This document shows, in pieces, positions 35,501-45,500 of a stretch of 64,000 bases of DNA; the stretch's first letter is position 1; each line of letters starts with the position of its first letter. The stretch is from contig NC_057753.1 of NCBI RefSeq assembly GCF_004010195.1, forward strand, positions 8,641,182-8,705,181, read 5' to 3'. This DNA comes from Chiloscyllium plagiosum. Its lineage: Eukaryota. Below the pieces are notes generated by a model. The model worked only from the letters and a program-made list of their open reading frames with translations. It ran no database searches and was not told where the DNA came from. Position numbers and translations under genes: made by a program.

Positions 35501-38403
35501 TTTTCTTTTCTTTTCTTTTCTCTTTCGAACTGCAGACTGAACTCTACCATATTATGATTGCTGCCTCCTGAGTGTTCCCTGACTTTAAGATCTTTTATAA
35601 AGTCTGGCTCGTTACATAGTACTGTGTTCAGAATACCCTGCCCCCTTACGGGCTCCATCACATGCTGTTCCAAAAAGCCATCCTGTAAGCATTGCACGAA
35701 TTCACTTTCTTTGGATCCATCGGCAACATAACTCACCCAGCCCATTTGCATATTGAAGTCCCTTATGATCATCGTGACTTTACCTTTTTGACATGCCCTA
35801 TTTATTTCCTGGTACATCTTGCACCCCTGATCCTGACCACTGCTGGGATGTCTGTACATAATTCCCATTTTTTTTGCTTTTGTGATTCTTCACCTCCACT
35901 CACCCCGACTCCATATCATCTGATCTTATGTCATTTCGTGCCATAGATTTAATTTCATTTTTAACTAACAGGGCAACCCTTGCAATCTGCCCACCTGTCT
36001 GTTTTTTTCGATGAGTTTCAAATCCTTGAATGTTTAATTGCCAGTCCTGAACTCCCTGAAACTACGTCTCTGTGATGCCTACCACAGCATAATCATTTAC
36101 GATGATTCGTGCTGTTAATTCATCTACTTTGTTCCGAATGTTTCGAGCATTCAGGTAAAGCACCTTAATACTAATTTTCTTATCCTGATAATTTCCATAA
36201 TCTCTACCGAAGTTATTCTTCCTTTTTGCTTCATTCCTCGTCTGCCTCGAACTTAAACCCTGCACACATGCTAATCTGCTGCTTGTCTTTCTACTTGGCT
36301 CCATACTCCCTGTTGCTTTCCCATTACCTTTCCCTGACTCGGAAGTTTAAATCCCTGGTGACCACCCTATTTATCATTTTCGCCACGTCACTGGTTCCAG
36401 ATTGGTTCAGGCGGAGTCCGTCCCATTGGTACAGATCGCCCCGGTTCCAAAACTGATGCCAATGTCCCATGGAATGGAAATCCTCTTACCAACACCTATC
36501 TCTTAGTTAAGTGTTTACTTCTCTAATGTTCTTATCCCTATGCCAATAAATGGCTTGGGCAATAATTCAGATATTATGACCCTCGGGGTCCTGTTTTTCA
36601 ATTTCCTTCCTAGTGCTCGATACTCCCCAAACGAGACCTCCTTCCTAGCCTTGCCTATCTTGTTTGTGCCAACGTAGACTACATCAACTGGATCCTCTCC
36701 CTCCCGCTCCAATATCCTTTCAAACTGTTAGGAGATGTCCTGCACCCTGGAACCGGGCAGGCAACACATCAGACTCCCAATCCAGCTCACAAAGAATACT
36801 ATCTGTCCCCCTAATTAGAGAATCCCCAATAACAACTACTTTTTTTTCTCCCCGCTCTTGAATGGCCTTCTGCACCATGGTGCCGTGGTCAGCTGGCTCA
36901 TCCTGTCCACAGCTCTTTTCCTCATGCATACAGGGAGCAAAAAACTCATAACTGTTGGACAAGGTCGAGGGCTGAGACTCCTCCACTCCTGAACTCAGAA
37001 ACACCATACCTGCCTCATTTACAGTCACATCCTGTTGTTCCTGATCACTTGCTGAATTTGAAACTGATAAGAAACTGGCTTCGTAATACGACACGAAGCG
37101 TAGTGATACATGGCTGTTTGAGTGACTGGAGGCCAGTGTCCAGCGGTGCACCATAAGGATCTGTAATAGAACTCTTATTGTTTATTCGATCGATGAAAAT
37201 GTGGGTGAATGTTAAACAAATGTTCACCAAATGGATAGAAAGGGTAACAATGTTGTAGGTTACAGAAATAAGTAAGTGCCAAATGAGCGGACCAGTGCCA
37301 GATGGTATTTAACTCTAATAATTTTGGAAGGCGAAGTAAGATGAGGGAATATTTAATATATGTCAGGATGCAGGTTCGCTTGGGTGAACAGAGGGTTCTC
37401 GGGAATTTCCACACTATAACTAATCTAAAGTAAAAGTTGTTGCTGCGAGTATAAGAGTAGCGATGAAGGACTGTGTGCAGTTCTGGTCGCCTCATGCTGT
37501 ATGAATCTTTGCTACTATGAATCTATGAACAGGACACGTATAAACTAAATATAAGCGCTTTGCAATGGGCGTGTCCACACTGGATATATCCTTAGTGTAA
37601 CTGAATTAGTGCCCTCTGAATATAACTAAGTGGAACTGAGACATATGTCAATGCAATGTTAAATAATGCAGTCTGTGGAAAATTAATTTAAACTATCTCA
37701 GCTCTCCATAACACACTGACTGTAACATTCTTGAAAGTGTACCCTGAGTGGAAATAGCTACTATGAAATGGAATCAAAACGTAAGTATAAAGTAACTGAA
37801 GTGTAAAACTATCTAGTTTCACTCAACGTAACCGTACTGAAAGGCACTAGAGTTCACAGAATATAATGATGCTGAAGATGATCTGGCACTAACAGAATCA
37901 TACCATACTTAAATAACGTTACCTTATTTGAGTGGTGCTACCTCAATTTGAAGTTGTCTCTGTTCAATGCACCGACTGTGAATTAGAGGAATTTACACTG
38001 AATGCAAAGTTAGTACAAGGAAGAAGTAGACTGCACGATTGAGTCGACCTGCCCGGAATTAACATAGCGACAATGAGCTTGGTAATTCAGCATTGAATGC
38101 AGTCATGAAGAGTTGGATCTGTGCACAGCGAAAGGACCCAAACTTCACTGGATCTTTTTCTCCAGTGAAAATATTGTCAGTTTGTTAAATGGGTGAATAA
38201 TTTGAATAGGTGTGGAACAAAAATGCATTTCAATAGTGATCGTATATAAAGTAGATTATCAGGTCTAATTATATGATCTATGGTGTTTCCGTTCTGAAAT
38301 ATGGAAAATGTTATATTTCATCAAAATATAAGCATCCCGCGAATCAGCAGCTGGATTAATCTATTTTTAAAAAGTAAGTAATAATTATACGTGTTCAAAC
38401 CAA

Positions 38404-38421
38404 CTAATTATCTCCCTGGAG
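38404..38421 (+). promoter_or_regulatory. Adjacent homeodomain + O/E(EBF)-like sites upstream of gene B
   Basis: CTAATTA TC TCCCTGGAG, 65-82 bp upstream of ATG 38486. Confidence 0.45.
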
Positions 38422-38485
38422 CCTGAAATAAGGTACAAATGTCAGTAACATCAATTGAATAACGAGATGGTCACACTTCTTAACA

Positions 38486-38555
38486 ATGCATGAAATAGTA
38501 GCAGGTCTGGTGTTCGAAATTTACTATCCAGTCATTGCAGCTATCGGAGTTCCAG
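38486..38555 (+). CDS. GPR139/GPR142-like GPCR gene B, coding exon 1 (MHEIVAGLVFEIYYPVIAAIGVP + G)
   Basis: 70-nt exon ending CCAG|gttagg. IYYPVIAAIGVP(A)N matches the GPR139-family TM1, and phase 1 joins exon 2. Confidence 0.9.
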
Positions 38556-39115
38556 GTTAGGATTTATAAATGTTATTAACTGTCCGAATCGTTGGCGTTA
38601 ACTGCAGAAATTCTCCTATTTTACCAGTGCCACTTGTCCACATTCTGTGCTTATTTTCACTGTTTTAATGAGTTATAATACACTGCTAGCAGGTATAAGG
38701 CAATGTGTTTAATTGGAATAATTTAAATTATTAAATTTCGCATTTTGTCCATTTGGAAGCCGAACCTTGCTGTTGATGTAATTATCGTTCAGTTTTAGCA
38801 TTACAATTTTATCTTTTTCTAACCAATATAGTATACTCATATCAGCGGAGTAACTTTCACATTTAACGGAATGCTAAATTACTACGTCTGGCATAAATTG
38901 ACGGCTCCAATGAAATGTGTTATTCCATTAACCACTAACGGCACATATTTTAATTGTGAGACTATAATTTTACTGTCCATGTCGCTAGTACTAAGTAGTA
39001 TTTCTTTACTGTATTAAGATTTATTTGTGGTTGATTTGACAAGAAAGTAAAACGGCGACATGGCTGGTCTATTTTAGCATTGATACTTATATTGCAGATG
39101 AATTCTCAAACTGTT

Positions 39116-39433
39116 TTAGATTAGATTAGATTACTTACAGTGTGGAAACAGGCCCTTCGGCCCAACAAGTCCACACCGACCCGACGAAGCGTAACCCACC
39201 CATACCCCTACATTTACCCCTTTACCTAACACTACGGGCAATTTAGCATGGCCAATTCACCTGACTTGCACATCTTTGGACTGTGGGAGGAAACCGGAGC
39301 ACCCGGAGGAAACCCACGCAGACACGGGGAGAACGTGCAAACTCCACACAGTCAGTCGCCTGAGGCGGGAATTGAACCCGGGTCTCTGGCGCTGCGAGGC
39401 AGCAGTGCTAACCACTGTGACACCGTGTCGCCC
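39116..39433 (-). mobile_element. tRNA-derived HE1/V-SINE-type SINE in the intron of gene B
   Basis: Reverse complement of the 9193 element, including the (TCTAA)n tail and A/B boxes. tgtt on both flanks. Confidence 0.9.
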
Positions 39434-40926
39434 TGTTATTGTGTTCAAAATAAAACTATGCTGCGTTGACATTATTTTGTCCCCGAGAGAATTAACGTAT
39501 TCCAATAATCATGTAAAAATACATCTATTTTGACATTGATATTTCCAAGTACAGAACAACTTTCAGAAATGTGGCAGCCGATTGATTGAGGTGAGCACTT
39601 AAATAAATGCAGACTGAATTAAATGCATTTATTTATAAGTAAAGTGTTGTTCGTCTCCGAGCTGTGACAGATATGCAAGCAATGTCACAATTGCTCTTTC
39701 ATGAATTGTTAGTATTCTCTACTATCTAACAGTCAACATTTCTGTTCACAATTTATCTAACATTCTCGGTTTGGCTCCATTTTTATTTTAGGAACCTCCT
39801 ACTAAAATTGGCGCCTACTGAGAGTGGGATTTCATTATGTTATTCATGCACAGCAATGTTTTGGACATTTCTCATTCTCCTTATAGTGACCTCAGCATAG
39901 CGTTTATGTAATGTGTTCTGCTTTTCACGTCGAAAAGACAAAGGTTTTATTTCAGTCAGGAAAGAAGATAGAGTTTGCTGGGTAAGCTTTGCAGGTCTCT
40001 TAACATCAGAGTAGAGAAATCAGAGCTAACGTTTCAGATGTGGTGATACTTCCTAGTAACAACTGACGACTTGTGACCGGACCTGAAATCTTTGATTTCT
40101 CTTCAAAGATTCTGCCAGACTTGCTGAGCTTTTCCACAATCTCTATCTTTGTTTCTGATTTACAGCATACGCAGTTCTATCCGTTTTTTTAGTTTTATTT
40201 CACTATCCAACACGTGACATAATCAATCATTTATATTTGGCAACACCACAAACGAATGTAGCATTTTGAAGGCATTTCTTCAATCACAATCGTCATCTGT
40301 CATTTGCAATGGCATAGGGTGTGCACAAAACATCTCACGCGATTTGTACAATATTCTACCATGAAAGGAAAACATCTTCAATAACATGGGAAATTAATTC
40401 TCCAGTCCCTTCCATCTCAATCCCAACCATTTTATGCCAAATAGTTGTGCATCTGTTTCCAATAAGGAATTAATGATACAAAACGTGACGATTAGAAGTT
40501 ACTTTTTTAATCTCAGTGCAATATAATCCGTTCTCCCATTTATTTAAATATATATGGTTAGTTAATAGTCATTTACTCAATCCAAAGTTTTCATTATTTT
40601 ATTGTTGAAGAGGGCTTTTGCTCTACAATTGGTTCTTGAATTAATTTATTTCTTTTCTTCACAACATTTGAACTCGCAGTTAGTTTCGTTTCGGAAGAGA
40701 ATGAGCTCACCTATGTTGACTCTAAATAATTACTTTAAAAATGAAAATAATTACTCCTCGTATCAACTATGACTTCAAATATGGAGTTATGTCATATTTT
40801 CTATGTTCTGCACAGTTCGCTAAAGGGTGGGTTGTATTATAAGGTGTTCAACGTGTAACTTCTCTGATCTCAGTCTTACTAACGTGTAGAATTTGTTAGT
40901 CTTCTTATCTTTTTTTTCTATTGTAG

Positions 40927-41837
40927 CTAACGTGGCAGTGATAGTCATCATGTCTCGAAACAGATGCGGTCTGTCTGGATGTGTCATCTATTACTTGGTG
41001 TCTATGGCAGTGACAGATCTCTTGGTCATTGCCACAGCTGTAATATTAAACCGGATAGCTGGGATGTACTTCCCATTCAGTTTCTTGTCCATTACACCAC
41101 TTTGCAGTTTTCGTTCTGCCTTCAATTATGCAGCTCTTGCCAGTTCTGCCTGGTTGACGGTCACTTTCACCTTTGATCGATTTGTTGCCATCTCTTGCCA
41201 GAACCTGAAATTTAAATATTGCACCGAAAAAATGGCAGCACGTGTTATAACAATTGTATTAGTACTCTCCTGTGTCAAAAATACCTTCACGTATTTTTAT
41301 TACGAACCCATGTACCTATTTCATAATGTTCCCTGGTTCTGCGCCCTAAAAGCAGTATTTTATACATCGCCAGCATGGACTGCATATGACTGGATTCGAT
41401 CAATTTTAACCCCTTGTCTCCCTTTTATTTTGACTTTACTGCTCAATGCTCTGACTATGAGACACATTTCAGCCTCAAATGAAGCCCGTAAAAGACTCTG
41501 GAACCCGAACACAGGAGAAAATCAGAATGACCCAGAAGTGGAGAAGCGCAGAAAGTCTATTGTTTTACTCTTTGCCATCTCAGGCAGTTTCATTCTGTTA
41601 AATTTCTTATGTTTTTTAACAATCCCCTATGTTCGAGTTGCGAATGTGATGTATCCTTCAGGTTCTGATCCGGGCAATTCTATATTTATTCTTCAAGAAA
41701 GTGGATACATGCTCCAGTTATTAAGTTCTTGTGTTAACCCGTTTATTTATGCTGGCACCCAGAGTAAGTTCAGAATGGAGTTGATGAAGAGCATGAAGTA
41801 TCTATTGACCCCATTTATTGGAGTATTCAAATGTTAA
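40927..41837 (+). CDS. GPR139/GPR142-like class A GPCR gene B, coding exon 2
   Basis: Acceptor tttttttctattgtag|CT. Motifs MAVTDLL, TFDRFVAISC, PWFC, TPCLPF, DPEVEKRRKS, CVNPFIY. Stop TAA at 41837. Spliced product 326 aa. Confidence 0.93.
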
Positions 41838-41924
41838 AAGCGTCAAAATGCAGCATGAACTGTACAATGAATTACACCACTCTTTCTTCACATTTATAAT
41901 CCAAACTAAATCATTTTTCCACTG

Positions 41925-42557
41925 CGTGATCTAATGAGTCAGTGTTTTGGAACAGACCAGATTCCATCAAAATACTTTAAGAAAGTAACCTAAACCCTAA
42001 CTTTTCCTTATTTTAATGGTCGATGTTAATTGCTGTTTTCCAAATGTAACGGGACTTGTCAAACTACTCGACGTTAAGCAAGGCACAATTTTTTTCAAAA
42101 CTACATTTAAAATACAAACAAAAGAAGGAGGAATTTGGAATAACTAAATTATTGGAAAACGTAACCGAGTAATAGATGCAGTACCTATTGTGAATAAACA
42201 GTTCTAAATCAGTAACATCACATAAACACAGCCCTGGACATAAAGGCAAATTCAGAGATAGATTCCTACGTGCATTTCTCCAATCCAAGAGGCACAAACA
42301 CATCAAAAGAGGTTTAGGAGACATTCGCCGAAGCTTCAAACGCGTTTGTAGTCCTATAGGCTTCTGCTTAAAACTGAACTTATGAAGGAAAAAGAAAGCC
42401 TGGTGTATGAAAGCTGACCAAACCGATTCAGCTTCCATATTTCCATCTTCTAAAAAAAACAAGGTCTCACGAATTGTTCACTACCTTAGAAAAAGCTCTG
42501 CACCTCTGCTTTCCACATTTCTTAAAAATAACCTCTTAAAATGATAGCATTTTCACA
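41925..42557 (-). mobile_element. 3' LTR of a Gypsy-type element
   Basis: On the minus strand a polypurine tract TAGGGGAAG (about 42566-42558) is followed immediately by TGTGAAA at 42557, directly downstream of RT/RNase H remnants. The far boundary is approximate. Confidence 0.65.
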
Positions 42558-45500
42558 CTTCCCCTAAAGAGAAATGATCCATCAATGTACAAAGGTGGCT
42601 TCATTTTTAAAACAAGTAGTCTTAATCTACTAGTATACTGTAATACATACATTTCCCATTGAATCTAATCATCCATTCATTCACCACTACGATCTATTTT
42701 CAGTCTGTATACTCCCACAAGTGTTATCCTCTATCCTTTTCATGATCAGTCTATGCAATATTTTCAGGCATATTACCAGCAACATTGCAATATTGTAACG
42801 CGAACGCCAATTGCAAACACTCAAGATTTCCTTCTCAATCCTGGAATACTTCAGTCGATGAGTACTATATTTAACGTTCTCTTAAAAAAGGTAGGTCTTT
42901 TTTAAATCTTCTCATCTTCTTCTTATACAGGTACTGCACCGACAACTATATTACTCACATCGATAGTCATGTTGAATGGTTTTGCGTACTTAGCTGTGGC
43001 TAACACTCGGGCAGTGGTTGGCACAGCTTTCCGGGTGTCAAGTACCTTCTGACAGTCCACTGAAACTTTCTGCATATGTTCAATAAGTCAGTCAGTGAAG
43101 TAAATGCACAGCTAAGATTCGATGTAAAAGCCCTAGAAACACCACTGAGTCCAGGAACGTTAGGACTTCCATCTTCATCGAGATGCGAAACTCCCCAACA
43201 ACCTTCATTTTCACATCCCGTGGCCATTTCTCCATGTCCAATAACATAACCAAGGAACATGACTTTGGCTTTGGAGAATTCAGGCTGAGCCAGCTTAATC
43301 ACCAAATCTGTCCCCCGAAGTATATTGAACAATTCCAGAGGTTGTACATTTTCCTTCCATGTGTGACTAAAAGTCACCAGGTCGTCGATGTACATTACCC
43401 AATTGGTTAATCCATACAAGACTCTTTTGGTTAGTCTTTGAAATGCAGCTTGACTTTAAATTGTTGCACTCCATTCGTGTAACGAAAGTGGAAATTGTCT
43501 TTGCTCTGTCGGATTAAGGTATGTTCAAGCATCATGTGACTAAGTCTCACTTAGACACATAAGTTGCTTGTCCAACTTTCTGAAGTTTTCTAAACAGAGA
43601 TTTGGATTTGAATCAGAGTTTGCATTTGCACTGATTTTGCAATAGTCCACACATATTAACTGGAGAGCATCTAGTTTTGGCGCCATTACTCTGGGTGGGC
43701 TCCAGTTGGTACAACTTACTTCCATTATGTTGTGTTTGAGCGTACGTTCAATCTCTTTTTGACCTGCACCAACTTTAGAGGGTTAAGTCTGTCCGGAAAT
43801 TACTTTAGTACAATAGAATTTCCGATATCTACATCATGTACCAATGGAATAGAATTTCCCAGCTTATTCCTAAATATCTCTTTATCTTCCTTAGTAAAAA
43901 GGCACATTTTTCATTTTTTGTCAACCTGACATTTCTTCACACGCTGTTCTAGTTTTGCTCGTGATGCTGTGCAGCCATCTCACCCGCTGTATTTAAATTT
44001 TCCCTAAAAGTTAGCACATAATCCAAATATGTGGTCTCCAAACTCTGATTCATAAATTTCTCCTTAATTAATTTCAGTGGTCCTCTGACCTCATGCCAAA
44101 AACTTACTTCCAATGGATTGAATTTGGTAGATTCCATTTGGTGCATCGTGAATGCCAAAAGGTAAAAATGAAATTCTTTTATCTCAGTCTTCTGGACAGT
44201 TTTGGCTGGAAGCCCTCAACGTGGTCTTTAAGATATACATCCACCATTCTCCTGCTCACTACGATTCTGGGTGATACACACTGGATTTGAATTGTTTTAT
44301 TACTTAGCTATCCTAAACTCTCTGAATATTTTTTAAGAAAAATTTGACTCTTCATGTGTTTGCATCTGTGTGGGTAGTCCATATCTGGTGAATAATTCGA
44401 GTAACTCTCCCGCAGTCCTTTTACTTTGGAAATTGCATAATTGCCTCTGGAAATGTAGTGGACATATATTATTGTCAATAAAGACCGATTCCCAAATTTT
44501 GATTTAGGTAGAGGTTCTGCGCAATCAATTAAGACCCTTGTAAAATGCAGGAATGGTTATGACAGGTGCTGGTCTTATCACTGCCTGAGGTTTTTCAATT
44601 ACTACGCAGATATTACATGTCTGGCAAAATTCGACTCGATCCTTATGCAGTTTAGGCCAGTAAAAAATGTTTCTATATTTTGACTTGAATTTTCCTTGCT
44701 CCCAACTGACCTCCTACTGGCAACCAAAATCCCATGATGTACTTCCTTTAATATCGCAGTTGCGTGATTTTCAGCGGGCTTTTTAACCATACTAGACACT
44801 GTAATCTCACTTGTGATCCGGCATTATCATTACCAAAAACAAATTGCATTCCTGGAGCCGAGAGTCCATCCAATATTCCTATCATCATTTATCTGCTCTT
44901 CATTTTACCACTCAATATTTACGTAGTATAACACTTGTCACCTCAGCATGAATTCCACAAATACCACCTCTTCTGGCAAGTGTCCTTCTGAACTATAAGC
45001 TTCCTCATCTCCCATCTTCAACGACTAACATGCTCTCATGTATCTTAGGACTTTTCTTCCTGTTCCCCCTGGCGTATGCAAGTAAGCCTTACCATCACAA
45101 ACGAAAGATTAAGAAAATCTTGCACACTATTCTCAACCAGCTCCTGACCAGGCTGTACATTCTGGTGCAGCGCTTCAGCTTCCATTGTATTTTCCTTGAC
45201 CGCTTCAACAAAACTCAAAGGCTCACCTGTTTTCGCACGACCTTCTTTCCAATGCTTCTTTTAAACCCCCAGTACTGCGACTTCATGTGGCTTCCTTTAT
45301 TGCAGGGAAAACTCCAGATCTTTTTGGTTTCTCTTCCCCCTCATGGGTCTCTATTTTACTCTATCTTTTGTAATCATAAATGAGACGGCATTTCCCCTTA
45401 GAATCATAGAGTCATAAAGACATACAAGATGGAAACAAACCCTACGGTCCGACTCATCCATGGTGGCCAGATATCCTAACTTAATCTCGTCCCGTTTGCC

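Larger units (their letters stand above)
32011..37070 (-). mobile_element. Near full-length CR1, degenerate, with three nested insertions
   Basis: Tail accataagaccataagacca. RT at 33200-34100 (KIDIYSGPDG, ISLTSVVG), APE at 35500-36190 (LYLNARNIRNK, VGITET) and ORF1 esterase at 36515-37060 (VIGDSLIRGTD, VYVGTNKI). Confidence 0.88.

Noticed and set aside
35359..35868. Apparent APE-GIY-YIG dual-nuclease fusion ORF
   Set aside because: Chance in-frame junction of a Penelope fragment inserted into a dead CR1. Both parts are truncated.
40893..40926. ORF-track start MLVFLSFFSIV for gene B
   Set aside because: TTG start inside the intron's polypyrimidine tract. The real first exon is 38486-38555.
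11410..41837. Calling the receptors canonical odorant receptors, TAARs or true GPR139 orthologues
   Set aside because: They lack OR motifs (MAYDRYVAIC, KAFSTC, PMLNPFIY). They resemble GPR139/142 in TM1-TM3 and intron position, but orthology cannot be shown without a phylogeny, so no gene symbol is given.
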